Origin: Haliotis rubra
Taxonomy: Eukaryota
Length of the DNA: 64,000 bases
NCBI RefSeq assembly: GCF_003918875.1
Contig: NW_025765187.1
Coordinates: 1-64,000, forward strand
Direction: 5' to 3'
Shown here piece after piece: positions 12,458-26,236 of this stretch. Made by a program: the position numbers and the translations under genes. The notes under the pieces were generated by a model, which saw nothing but the letters and a program-made list of their open reading frames with translations, ran no database searches and was not told where the DNA came from. The first letter of the stretch is position 1. Each line of letters begins with the position of its first letter.

Positions 12458-15168
12458 TAAAATAATAGGGCATAAAATTTCCTATTACTTCATATTCACC
12501 ATCCAAAAACACAAACAAGAGATTTCTCAAGTAAAATTCATTAAAATACCCAGTCAAGTACAGAAACAAATATAATAAACCCGTATACACACAAAAATGA
12601 GCATCGATTTATATTCAAAACAACCAGGTAACACACTCACCAACGATTTGATTTAAATATCAATTGAAGATGTTCACATTACATATATTTCAGAAAATTG
12701 CCTAATCGAAAGACTCATTATATGTGTTATGTTGATTCCAGAGACTTGAAAAGTTATTATAAACAAGTGTTTGTACTTTGAAACGAGCACATACCCGTCG
12801 TCAGTATATAACGTGAATGAATAGATGTCGAGTGACACACACGACGACGACCAGGAAGTGGAGCGGGGACAGTCTGTCGATTCACGGTGTTGTAATTGTG
12901 GTAAGTCTCACGTTAATATGACACAATACAAACATAGATATTACTACCTATAACAGTACCTTGTGTTTTTAGCCAACATTTCTTCTGATTTTGGACTGTT
13001 ATCTGGGGAGTAAGGGAAGGTTAGTTAACTTAGTTTCAGCACAGGTTAGGACAGAGGTTTCGCTTTAATACAGAAAGTAGACTTGGAATCAACATGGACT
13101 AACGTATGTTCTGATGTCGTGTCAGCTGTTGAAATGTCAGTGCTGAAAACGGCTACCTATCTTAGTATCAACATTCATGAACACGCAGTTTTAAGACAAA
13201 TTAGTACAGTATATCACAGCTTTGAGGCGATGGACATGATTTCACCAGAGTTATGTCCCTTTATACATCGCGCGATTTGCAATGTGCAGCCGCTACATCT
13301 TGATCGCTTTGGACGCGCGCGTGTGCGAATGTGCGTGCGTGCTCGAGTGCGTGCGTGATTGATGTTTACACAATTAATAGACTTTGCTATAGACTGGTCC
13401 AGACTCGATTATTTACAGACCGCCGCCATATAGCTGGAATATTGCTGAGTGCGGCGTAAAACAAGAAGCAACAACTCTTCTGTGTATTGTTAATCAGCAC
13501 ATTCAGTATGAAGATAAAAGAGTTAGTCGACCAGACAAACCAGTGATTTTAATGATTCATCCTGCCCGAGTACTACGAAAGAGACCCGTTAAGATCCAGG
13601 TTAGAATTGATCTTCAGTAACCCATGCTTGTAAGAGGAGTGAATGGTAAGGCTCGATGACTTGGTTGACACGTCATGGGCTCCCAATTGCGTAGATCGAC
13701 GCTCATGATGTTGATCATTGGATTGTCTGGTCCAGACACAATTATGTACAGCTGGAATATTGCTGAGTGTGGCGTTAAACAACCACTAAACAACCAACTA
13801 ACCAACCAAGAAAGAGTAAGAGCTGCGTGGTTATACAAAAACAAACTTAGCCCTACGACTGTCCTAAGTTTAAGTTAAGGTATGGAAGTTATAATCACCT
13901 AAGAGCAAAAATCACTCTGTGGAACGGCACCAGGTTCCTGGCCAAGGGATCTTCACGAGATCTTAGTTCATATTAACTGAGCACGAATATTTTCTCAATT
14001 GGGTCTCTATCTTAAGAGTTAAGACAAAACATAGACTTAAGTTATTTCATGATCCCGGAGTCTGGTGATGTAGACTACAAGAATCAGGACCAGTTTTAAC
14101 CTGGAACTATCTCTCTGTGGGTGCATGAGTGCGTGTGAGACGTTGCGAAAAAAGTATTTCTCACGCACTTGTCATTTTATTGTCAGGGTTAGGATTAGAG
14201 CGCATCTCATCTAGAGGAATGTTGCCCATTCTTGTTGTATGTTTATTGCTCATTGTCTAAGAAATAATCAAGTTTTGTGATAATGGTCTGAAGACAACTG
14301 AATCTGGACCAGACAATCAATGATTAACATTGCATCAAGGAGCAAATTATATGGGATGCCGTGCATCAAACACGTCTGAAGGTCCGACAACACGAAAATA
14401 ACCGAGTATGGACCCGACAATCCAGTGATTAAAGTGAGATTAATGAGTAATGTGTATCGGATGACAGGCATCAAATAAGTCTGTGAGTCTGACCACACCA
14501 TCCTACTACTTGCTTTATACAGCAAGCATGGGAAGCTGATGACAACCCAGACGTTGAAATCATGATAAAGGGCAGTGTGGTAGCATAGTGGTAAACGCAA
14601 TCGCTTGTAACGCCGAAGACCCTTGTTTCATTCATGGGTACAATGTGTGAAGCCTATATCTGGTGTCCCCTGCCTTGAAATCGCTGGAATATTGCTAACT
14701 CACTCACTCACTCGTGGCGATATCACCTATCAGCTCAGATTACCTACTTGCCCTCCTTTAACATTATGACTATTAACGAAACGTCGATTCCTTCATAATA
14801 CAGAAGCTGAAATCCATACTTTCTCCACGGAGATGTTATTAGACTGTGACACTAGAACAGAGAACCATCAAAACCAGAGAACCCACTATCTTTGTTAATA
14901 CTGATAAACTGACGTCATCCCTTCAGGATGGTCTAAGGGAAGTAACTCTTCCCGTATACGATCTCAAGTCCTCGAAAACACATTTGGTCTAAGTGCATGA
15001 TTAAGGTTTCACAACAAAGGTGACCGTCACTTCCGAGTGCTTCCTTGGCCGATTCCTTAACGGGGAACGAGTATCATGGTCTCAGGTCTAGGAACTAATT
15101 TTGGATGAGATCAACACGTCCAACACTGAATGTACAGGTATGTATGTACTTCTGATAGTCTGCTCATA
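12456..15168 (+). other. Ghost TRIM repeat unit: promoter/exon 1 plus downstream flank, coding exons absent
   Basis: 12456-13357 aligns to about 484-1340 (ETS motif 12852, donor GTAAGT 12901). 13905-15168 aligns to about 9645-10960. No RING or NHL sequence lies between. Confidence 0.8.
13395..13810 (+). mobile_element. SINE-like family B: 3' fragment (13395-13472) and a near-complete copy (about 13580-13810)
   Basis: GAGACCCGTTAAGATCCAGGTTAGAATTG...CCCAATTGCGTAGATCGACGCTCATG...GGTCCAGAC...GCTGGAATATTGCTGAGTGTGGCGTTAAAC with an (AACC)n tail. It shares its 3' motif with family A. An antisense copy is at 63110-63340. Confidence 0.75.
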
Positions 15169-15174
15169 GGATAT

Positions 15175-15395
15175 AGGATATTTATATAGCGCACATATCC
15201 ACGCAACTAGTGCATGCTCAAGGCGCTGGTATTTTTCCCCCTCGATCATTGGATGTCAATCTCAACGGCACATCGTATTATCAATCTCAACTCTCTGGGT
15301 AGTATACAACTCTTGCAGCCATTAGGCGCACCGAGGTATTGCGGCTTTCTAATCCTAACGAGGTACCCATTCACAGCTGGGTGGACTAGGACACA
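15175..15395 (-). mobile_element. 5'-truncated SINE with a Deu/Nin-like core and an L2-like tail
   Basis: Minus strand has AGTCCACCCAGCTGTGAATGGGTACC, resembling the Deu/Nin-domain core as I recall it, and ends AGCGCCTTGAGCATG...GTGCGCTATATAAAT. Confidence 0.6.
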
Positions 15396-15461
15396 TAGTC
15401 ACAGTACTGTGACAAGTTCACTGCACGTTGCTGTACCCGCAACTAGCTATAGCTTACGAAA

Positions 15462-15613
15462 GAGTGAGTGAGTTGTTTTTTACGCAGCTTTAACAATATT
15501 ACAGCAATATCACGGCGATGAACACCAGACATGGGCTTGACATAGTGTAGCCATGTGAGGAATCGAACCTGGACATTCGGCGTAACGAGCGAACAGTTTA
15601 ACTACTAACACCA
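15462..15613 (-). mobile_element. tRNA-derived SINE (family A), diverged
   Basis: GAGTGAGTGAG tail, then GCAATATCACGGCG...GGAATCGAACCTGG in antisense orientation. Confidence 0.75.
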
Positions 15614-16920
15614 CACAAAATGTCTGTATTACCTAAATTTACTAACATTAGGGAATATACGTTTCATCCGGCGGCCATATGAACAACGTTTTAAATCTAC
15701 GTATCATCTGGCTGTCAGATTTACACAAGTTTAAAGGGGTGTTAAAATGAACGAACACTCAACTCTGTATTTACTTGTATTTTACAGGTGTGTAAATCTG
15801 GCCATTGTTTTCACGTGTTTTCTAGCATGTGTAATGTATGTAAATGCTGTGATTGTAGGACATGCATTTCAATACCTTTGAAATCTCGTATGACCAGGGT
15901 TAGGTTTGTCATATATTTAGTACACGCGTAAATAGTTGGTAATGGGTAAATATAGTGTTACAAGATTAACACGACTTTAACATGTATTTCAATGGTTTTG
16001 TAATGTAACTGTCACATCGGGTTCGTTAGCGCGTCGAACCACGCCATAATGCACGGAGATCATTAGAAACACATGACGATGTGATACCCATGACTGAGCA
16101 CCACTATTAATGTGCCTGCCTTTCTTGACATACACTTGATGTCTGTTTAAAAGGTTACAATATTGGGTCTATGGGCCAGAGCGATATGCATGTTAGGTAG
16201 TGTGTGTGTGCATGTGTGTGTGAGGGAGAGGGTGTGGTATGGGGTAGGCCTAGGGTTGGGTGGTGGCGGTGGGGTACTGATAAGCATTTCTGATCAGTAG
16301 GTAATACCGTTTATACATTTTGTAATGGAAATTACATTATAGATTAAATAATTGACCTTAGGTACACTTGTTACATTTACACACACACTTAAAGAGTTGT
16401 TGATCTCATAAATTTTCAGCATTTCATTTTGAAGAAGGTGCAGTCAAACATGTTCAGCACGCCTTAAAATAAATTTGAAACTGAAGATTCCTTTGGGAAG
16501 TTGTGAATAAATGGTGTTATTTGTCAAACATCTAAAACATATTTCAATTACTTGAAGACAAGTATTGTACAGTTCACAGATTTTGAAATGTTCACACTCT
16601 ATCACTTCTACACCAACTCCTTTGTTCATGTAATAGATACAAACAAATATTCCTACTGTCTAACCAACATTAGAATGAGGTGCACAAAAGACGCATTTGT
16701 GAAAGGAGAGCTGGGAGCGTGCCGTGAACTGATCCACTACCTACTCGAATGGGGAACAGGTGTGAAATCTTCGCGCACGTGATTTTTGTGATCCTTGCAG
16801 TAATTCTTTCTACGCAATGATTCGGAAACGTTGTGTTATTGCTCGAGCATGTGTATACTAGTATCTTGTAAAGTGGACTGTTAAAAGAGTATTAAACTCT
16901 GCAGGTATTTGAAACTTATC

Positions 16921-17110
16921 ATGTCGCACTCTAAATCGGGTAAACGGGGTCAAGTCATTCATTCACAAACACGTGAGGTTGCCTACAATGTCATTCAATA
17001 CATGTGTACTATTTCCGACAGCACACACAATGCACTCAAAAATGCCAGCGATGCTACTGGTATATCTGTCAGTACCTTGCGCAAAATAAAGGACGAAGGT
17101 AAACAGGGGC
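16921..17110 (+). pseudogene. N-terminal HTH fragment of a Tc1/mariner-superfamily (DD37E-like) transposase
   Basis: MSHSKSGKRGQVIHSQTREVAYNVIQYM...ASDATGISVSTLRKIKDEG resembles the recalled HSQ.RE...NV and A.ATG.S..T...I pattern of invertebrate DD37E-type transposases. No DDE domain follows. Confidence 0.5.
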
Positions 17111-17210
17111 GTAGCTACCATCATGGAAAAAAGGCCGGGCTCACACATGGCAAGCTCTCAACAATAACTAAATATAAAGCTTTGCAACCGACCAGGGTTT
17201 CCTTTCTTTG

Positions 17211-17363
17211 CACTTCGATGCATTAGTTTGAACAGTTGGATGTATTAGTTTGAACACTCCGATGTATTAGTTTGAACACTTCGATGTATTAGTTTGAACA
17301 CTTGGATGTGTTAGTTTGGACACTTCGATGTATTAGTTTGAACACTTCGATGTATTAGTTTGA
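17211..17363 (+). repeat. 22-bp tandem repeat, about 7 copies
   Basis: Unit ACACTTCGATGTATTAGTTTGA, head-to-tail with no spacers. Confidence 0.92.
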
Positions 17364-20300
17364 GAAAAACATTATCAACGTGCGATGTGTGCACATGATA
17401 CTTAACACTGACGTAGTTTCATAAGGGTCGTGTTGAACATTATTTTGGTCTGTATACCTCAATGATAACTGTGCTGAGCTATGACACCTCTGTGAACTGT
17501 AGCAATTTAATCAATGTAATGGTATGTTATGGCTTTGCCGGGCTTAACAGAAACCAAGTCAGAATCTCGCTGGTGGAATCAAGAGAGCTACGTGCTGTTG
17601 TAAGACCATACCCCTCTTTTTATACCTGAACTGGTATACATTTTCTGGACGAAGAGCTAAGTCATATTCAAGGTTGCGGTACTTCTTCTCATAGCTACAT
17701 GCACAATTGTCCTAAAGGTGCCTCCACATGACGAATGTGAACCTTGCTCTCTCCTCTCGGTGTTCACATAGTACATTTGTTTGTCACAGGTGCAGTAGTT
17801 AAGCTGTCGAATGGTGTTTACAGGTTATTCATTGAATACAAAAGATGTTTACCAGTCGTTGTCAAGTTAAGATAATAAGTGCTTAGTGTAGGTATTTATG
17901 TAATATGGAAATCGGTAATGTATGGTGAATGCAGTGACATAATGGCTATATACGAGTGTAAATAGTATCAACAGGGCACACAAAGGGTCCTGTGTAAACT
18001 CAACTGGCACCTTTCACACCAAAGTGTGACGAAGGTGGGTTACTTAGAAATACTAAGCTGTATACATGGTATACTTTGCTGTACATAACCAACGCATGCA
18101 TACAAAACATCTGGAGTGACAAAAGACTTAGTGAGTGAATACGTAAATATTGCTTAAAGGTGAGTCAGCAGTATTGCAAGTATTTGCAGCTAAGTTTGTA
18201 AGAATATATGGCAAAACACTTAATTGTGTATGATTATATCAAAAGTGTGATATTTATTATCCAAAATGTCTTCTGGTGGAACTACGGAAACATAAACGAC
18301 CCACTCTGCTAAAATTCATTGTGTATGTAGAATATTTGTGCATATAATATATTGTGAAGCGGCTGCAATGGTAAGTATGTATGTCCGCCCACGTGTTGGA
18401 TAAAAACACTCATACACTCACTTGACTTTCTATGGCATGTTTGAACAAACACAGCTGTTAACCTTAATGATCTTGAAGAATATCTCATTTGTAATCAGTG
18501 TGATGGTCTGAAACTATAATACGATAATGATCACGTGACCAGCTACCTTAAACTCGTTGTAATTTTTTTTTTCATTTGTTCGTCTCACAGTACAAGGATC
18601 ACTTCAGAAGAATTTCAAAGAGACTCCCTTCCTTTTCCTAATGCAATACTCCTTACAACTTTCCGTAGTACTTATGTAGTATCGGGATATAAGGTCTCTT
18701 GTGGCGATACATCGATGTATCACAGCCCTTGCGATATTAATATCCTGATGTATTGCCTAAATGTGTTTTGTATTGATGAATTCGTATCGCATAGTTGACT
18801 ATGCAAACATCGATACTATCGATGAATCGTTACACCACTACGTCAGATGGTCTCTTTTGATTCGGAATACAGATGTTGTCCCACACGGACGTTTTCTTAA
18901 ATTTCAGTTACCCGACGGAATATACTGTACACCTATTTTGATTCCATCTCTCGGGTAGATTATAGAAAACTGTAGTGATTGCAATTAGTTCATAAAGTTA
19001 GATAACTAAGCAGTTTCTGTAATTATTGAAAGCTTACTCCCTGACATCATTTATGTTGCTCATGCGTTTTTAATTTTTGCTTTTTGCTGTCTGATTTGTT
19101 ATACATTATATAATAATGTTAATCATTTTGGCATCCCAATATCATGGAATATTATGTGAACTTATTAATCTATCAAAGTACCGAAACGTTTTATAACTAT
19201 GCTTTACTGTTATTGGGTGAAACCGTTAATTAATGTCACAAACATAAAAACTGAAGGATGGGTGTGGAAAGAGTGGGGGAAAACACGTGCAAAGTCTCTG
19301 AGTCAGCTGAGATTATCCTTCAAAAACATCATATGTACATTTAACAATCACTTATCATTAAGTGCAACAAAAGCATTACAAAAACGCCATATTTCCACCT
19401 TTGGCTGGAGTTCTAAATATTTGATACCGAAAGCCTGTCAGTTAACTCAAAGGAAATAACCCTTGTGTTTTACAGTGATGGCTTAATCGTAGTCACAATG
19501 AATTATAGGCTGCTATGCGTTTTCGAATGTGATTGAGTCAGTGAAATACTAATATTTACCAAATCAAATTCTAAAGGAGCTTTTCTTCAAGCAGTGACTT
19601 AAAGCCATACATAGCTAGACTTGCTTAGATTATAGACTAAATATAAGGCATCATAGATATTTCACAAGCATGGTACAGGACCCTTAGCCTCATTAGCGTA
19701 TTGCCTCACCACTTGCGAATTAAGCGTTGGCAGATGTAAATGTTACTGAAGATGTTGGTCCCCGCCAGCCGCCGGTGTTTGGTATTGTTTACTCTGTAAC
19801 ACGAACCCTGCAGTGAGTTTTAACAGACGCTGAACCTGGGAATATCTAGATATGCTTCATTTAGGGCGTAAGGATTACAGTAAGGGCTGGGCGGAAGGGA
19901 AAATAATATCGTTCTCTGACTATGATAAAATAGAGACTATATAATAGACTATTGTATGGTCTCTGGATACAGATTGGGACAAGATATGGAAAACAAAATA
20001 TTTGGACAACTGACCATTGTTTGAGTCTTTTAATTGTAAATATGATTCCAATAGCTTAACCTAGATATCGATATCCTTCGAATGCACATTTGGTTGAAAC
20101 TGGAAAGTATACTTGTATCCCGTGACAAGAAGGAATACTTAATAATTCAAAAGCATAACAGCACGAGTATCCATTTTGTCTTTTGCCTACATACGCTCAA
20201 TCACATGAATTGTGTCTCCAGGTCACCGAGAGCATCAGTGGTTTAGGGGCCCGTATTGCAATCACGTGCGTTTCCATGTGTTGTTGACGCGGCATGGCCG

Positions 20301-23300
20301 CCTCGTAACATCACTATTTGATTATGATTCACAAACACATGCCCATGATATCCATGGATTAGCAGATAATTATCAAGAAGGTTTTTTTATGTAGGTGGCT
20401 TGAAACGCGCTTTGACAAAGGCCTATAGGTTCGATCACATCAATATTCGTTTTACAGCTTCTTTTTTCTCTAAAGATGCTCACGCCAAAACTGATTTAAA
20501 TTCTAATCGTAGATAAAAGAATAAGACAATAAATAGTATGACAAATTATCGTTACCATGACAACCCTGTGACATTTCACCTTATGTAAGAGAGAAATAAA
20601 TACGAGGCTGGGTATAGCAGTACTACTGCAGATGATAGCGTAGGTCGTAAATTTCAATAAGTTGCTGCAGCGCTATCCCTAATCACTGGATATCTATACA
20701 ATTATATGTGTGATGGAGGAGAACCTGCGTCGCTACTTTTCTCAGTAATCTGAATACATGTATGTAGCGTGAAACAGGCAGATACCTTTAGATACCTGTA
20801 GCAACCATGTCCCGTGTCTATAAAGGGGATATAATGTGGGAATGAATGACATCTACTTTTATCTGGGCCCGTTTATGATGATACATATTGTGATCTTTCA
20901 CAATCATCTCACTGGCTATCAGATTGAGGGTACGTTTCAAACATAACCGGTATTTCTATTATTGTATTTATACAGAAACATTCTTCGAACTTTCTCCAAA
21001 TACGTCCGCCAGATACATTGCACACTACCCCATTCTCTCTTGATCTTCTCAAACGACTGTTGCAAGTTCGAAGAGTCCTGGTCAAAGTAGAAAAGTCTTA
21101 AGACTATTCCCTACACATCTGTAACTTACACATTGTACCATAAATGGGTAGAGCTTCCGTTCGGGGGAATATCAGGAAGACAACGATACCATTATCTCCA
21201 ATGTTGTAGAAAGCACTCCACTCACCTAGGAAAACAATAACCCACTGAGATATTGCATTCTTGCCGGAATCAATATTTTCGGCACCTGTCAGATCTGAAG
21301 TTCAACATGCGAGGTCTGCGTCTATGTCAGGTTAAAGGTCTGCAAGATGTTTAGCAACACTGGGGCGTAATAGTCATAGGCCTGCTCCAAACAACGGAAT
21401 ATATATCTTGTTAGAAGGACTTCTCCGACATTGAAAATTGCAGCAATGCAACATCACATTTACTTGTGTGACATTTGCTTTCGGGCTCTGGGTTCATGGA
21501 TCGTCAATTTAAACAGGACAATCAAGACAAATTTTACAAAAGGTACAGTGGCCCAACATGCCAATGGTATACTCAGAGAACGCACCCGCCTGTGCCATCC
21601 AGAAATAATCGCTACACGATAAAAACTATTGTTTGTGTGGCGTTATTACAGCATAAAGTCTGAGCGGAAGGAGAAATAACATGGTTCAGGCACTGTGAGA
21701 CTAATTAAGAAAGGTCACATGCAGTGCAATAATATTCAATTATGTACTGCCAAAACTTTTACAGTACTGATGCGCGAGCTGAAGAGACTTAAGAAATTAC
21801 GAGTTGGTTCGTGTAGCGTATTTTTGCCGTGCTCAAAGAGAGATAGACTAATGCTTAGTCTGTGAATATATATATATTTTGATAGTAACAGACAATCCCA
21901 TTTAAATTGGAAAGGAGCCCCAGGGAGACAAGAGATTCAGAACCTGTGGAAATCTAGATTTGCTTTATTTAGGGCTTAAGCACTGCAGAGAGGGCTTGGC
22001 AGCAGGGAAAATAATGTGGTTCAGGGACTGTGAGACAGACTACATGGACTACAAGAGAGATAAAGTGCTATTCTGTTGGGACAGCTAGGGACACTTGCAA
22101 GGACGAAGGGCAGCTCATCGCCCTTTGTTCACCACTCACAAGATTTTGCAAACACCGCAGACAAAGCGTAACTGATACTGGCAACAAGTGCGAGCGCAGC
22201 TTAATAAGCCATGTTAGCTTGTGTAATACCGCTTTCTTTAGTCAGGCTCTTTTGATGATAAGAATAATGAGGTCACGTGAACGTTGATTTCAAACGTACT
22301 AAAATGTGTGAAAATGAAATTACATGAACCAAGTAATTCACATGATGGAAACAAATGATCATCTTGCTTGAGCACAGGTAACATGAAGGTGTATGAACCG
22401 TTCATATACATACCCCTGAAATCCGGTATGATACATAAATATCTAAGGTGTGTAAACATTTGCACATGTGAAAATTTACAAGTGTTTCCCCACCTAAGTT
22501 AATTTACATGTTTCCAACCTGGGTAAACTTAGAACGAAATCGTAAATTTCAGCACCCATTGAAATTCAAAGGAATGCATCGGAAATACTGTATGATCATG
22601 TATTTACTGGGTTATCTGTTTTGCAATTCATGTTTGGAAATACTTGACAATCCGGTCATGGCATACGTGAACGAGGTTCTTGTGCATACGAAAATGTACG
22701 ATGAGCATATGTTTCAAAGGTATAGATTCATATGAAATATGTGCCCGAAGTTAGGAAATATCTGAAAACATACGTAAATCCGGTCAAGGCATGTATTTCC
22801 TACTGGCGATACACTTGACGTCACCAGAATTATGTCCCTTTAAATATGCAATGGGCTGAATCTTCATCGCTTTGGATGTGTGTGTGTGAGCGCGCGTGTG
22901 TGTGCGTATGCGTGTGCGTGTGTGTGACTCACTTATAGATTTAACAGAACCTAATACATCTAGAAGAGTAGGTTCTGATTATGTGACAGTTTACAAACGT
23001 GTGTGGACGCGTTCCTGAACATTCACTAACTTTAATAACACCCCTATATTTCCTAATAGTACTTTGTGATGTACTTCCACTATTTAGAAACAAGCGAAAA
23101 AGGCGGGATTTATACAGCGTATTACCAATACAAAATATATGTGATACTCGCTGTTTTAAAATAATAGAATGAATTAACCCAGAACGGATCTTTGGGTGAA
23201 CAGGTTCTTTCAGCTTTTGAAGTCCCGGACATCCGTTACTCATTCTCCGTTAGAAAATGAAACAGTGTTTAGAACACCTCATGCATGTTGAAATTAACCC

Positions 23301-24605
23301 GTAATGGAAACGACTTTGTTCTTCTACTTTTGGTTTGAATCAGTCAAACTATTTTCAATCAGATGATTCAGATCTTTGCTTAAAACAATAGTTTTTTTAA
23401 ATTAAATAAGGAAAACTTTTCTTGTATCCATCCTCAATGAATTATCAGTGTCATTTAAAAAGAATATGATTTTTATTCCTATTTTTGCTCAGAAACAACC
23501 AAAAATTAATCCAAAAATTGAAAACCATTGTTAACGTAACATCAGTTTTACAACTAAAGTTATGTACGTGACATAATGTAACAAAAGATGTATATAATTC
23601 TATCTCAAATTTTATGAACATGAGTATTATGAAACCATTATTTGCTATTCATGATTCGTTAACTACAACTGGCAAGTTAAACATAGCAATCAAGTACACA
23701 ATACACCAAGGCCAAACTTCCTCAAGTCCGGGCACCTCTGACGTAATAATCATTTCAAATACATGGAAAGTTTAATGTCTTTCGTTTCTTAATGTTTATT
23801 TATAATATTTGTATACCTTTTAAATATTCTTGTTCAATAATCATAATTTACGCGTTAGCGATTTACAACGTAACTTATATTTGATGCAAAGTAACGTTTT
23901 GCACAACGTTCTAAAATATAAGTATCAAACGTTTTGCATTTCTACGCAAACAAAAGATAGAATAAATCTATAATATCATAATCAATCAAGTGAGTATTTT
24001 AATAGGACTTCGAAGCCCATTTCAATTACATGTGAAAATTACTTTTCTAAATAATGCCTCAGAAAAAATAGGGATATTTCTCAAGAAAGACAACAAACTT
24101 GTAAGCACCTAGCACCTTGATCTTTTAAAATAATTGTGAATTTCAATGCCCTAATGACCATGCTTTAGTCACTGAATTTAATTGTTATCAGAAATCTTCG
24201 AGTGTGTCTTCATTGTCTAATATTCTATGTGTGATTGACACAAAGAATCATTTCAACGAATATTTTAATTCTAATGATGAATGGACGAACAACGGATCGA
24301 ACCTGCGAAATGATCCAAAACATGTGCACTCCAAATTTATATTCTTGGTTATCGATGTAAAAATCTGCATGGAGGTCAGAATCGAGAAATTTACGTCATT
24401 TTTAATATTTTGGTACAATGTGACATGATCATAGGTTGTTAGTTATAAGAAGTCTGTGAAAATAGTCTCTGTTCAAACGCTGCCTGAACATCGATAACAG
24501 TAAAATTCATCTTATATATGCACTGCAGCGACACGAACATAGAGCAGACGACTGTTTACTGAGCTATCAGAGATAAATGATATCTTTATGTATATGTGCA
24601 GGTGT

Positions 24606-25116
24606 TCATTGTTCATTGTGTACGTTGTTCTCATAATAATGTAGCAATGATCGCCATTTAAAGGTTTTATTGCATGTATGGCACCTGTACATTCTACCGT
24701 TGTGGTGTTCATACATGGAATCCTTTGCCATGACGCTCTGACAGACATCCTAATCCATGGCATCATCCTTATTCGAACAGATCTTGCGATGACGAGCAGG
24801 ATCTTTCTCTGACAAGTACGATTTCTTACAACTTGGACACTTCTCTGGTCTTAAACTATGATGTTGATTTACATGAGAGTTGTAACTCCACAGTTGGTTG
24901 AATTTCTTATTACATACAACACATTCGGATCTTCATATGTTCTTGTGGATGCTGAAGTGAAGTTACAAGCCATACTTAGTTTTGAAGCTTCGCCCGCATC
25001 CATCGCATGGAAAGCTGATGTGTCGTAGTTTAGCAGCTTTAATCGGGGTACTTGTGAAAACATATATGTGACGAATTTATGCAAAGGCAAGACTCATCTA
25101 GGGCCTCAACATCGAT
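24606..25116 (-). pseudogene. Paralogous decayed C2H2 zinc-finger remnant in the intron of copy 2
   Basis: FPCDGCGRSFKTKYGL*LHFSIHKNI*RSECVVCNKKFNQLWSYNSHVNQH... with the same two stops as in copy 1. The right TIR is retained at 25840-25926. Confidence 0.75.
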
Positions 25117-26236
25117 TTCTGAAAGACTTTAAGCCGTGCAGTACACCATACCATGTAAAGCAAACGGGTATTTATCATTTAGACAAGAGATAATTCCACA
25201 TCGACCCGTATGTTAAACTTAGTATAGCACGATTTATTTTCCTGAATGAGTGTTCAAAACATATGACGTAGCTGTGATGTAATTAGTAAAACAATTGTGG
25301 GATAACTGGTTCTAAACCATGTGCATAATTATGACTTCAAATTTACATGCAAAACCTCGCACATATCCACCTCATAAAATGACCATTATTCATGTTACTC
25401 TAATAAGCATGCAAGACATGACCTACTCCGAATACCTATCACAGAACTCAGTCACTCTGCAAAGGCGCAACTACCCGTACCCACAGCCCGAGACAGTAGC
25501 AACGACCCTTTAGCGTACAGCTTGGTTTCAGTCAAAACAAAGGCTTGAGACTTTCACAATACATGCATTGGGCATTTATAAAATATATCTGCCTTATGCC
25601 TGCATAGAAAATGTCTAATTGTATGAAATAAACCATCTATATTACCTTGATTGACAGATTTAGATTTAGATAATTTTTCGTAAGGCACGATCACGTGATC
25701 TGAAATGCGACAGTAAATCATCCGGTTAAAGAGGATGAATGAATGTCACCTCATAAATATAGTAGTTAAGGGTACAAGAAGGCTTCATCTTTCGACACAA
25801 AAACGTTAAGCCTGTTCTATTCAAAATATTGTCTGTAATTACCGTGAACGTGAAGCCTGGGTTGTCCCTGAAAAACTGTACAGTGGAAAATGGGTTGTTG
25901 CAAAGGTTTTCATGTACAGTCGAATACCCCCTGCGAATATACTCACTGTGTATTGTTAATAAACATATGGATTAAAGCCACAAGAGTTATCCCCCTTTCA
26001 CATCAGAGGCACTGAAGAATGCAGAATATCTTTCGTGCCAGGAGGTGTCTTCTGTCGTCAGTGATATTCTCACTGCGCATGTCTTATTAAGATATAACGA
26101 CTTTTGACGTCGGGATGTTGCCTACATTTAAACGTTTCAAGAAGGCAAAACAGTTTTGTTGTTTTAGACCATATTCTCTTTAAAACTGCAAAAGCCGCAT
26201 TCATATATATTTATACCATGTATTCCTCTTCAGATA

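Noticed and set aside
17211-17363. CRISPR-like appearance of the 22-bp repeat (and the 42- and 60-bp repeats)
   Set aside because: Head-to-tail units with no unique spacers, no cas genes, and a eukaryotic context.
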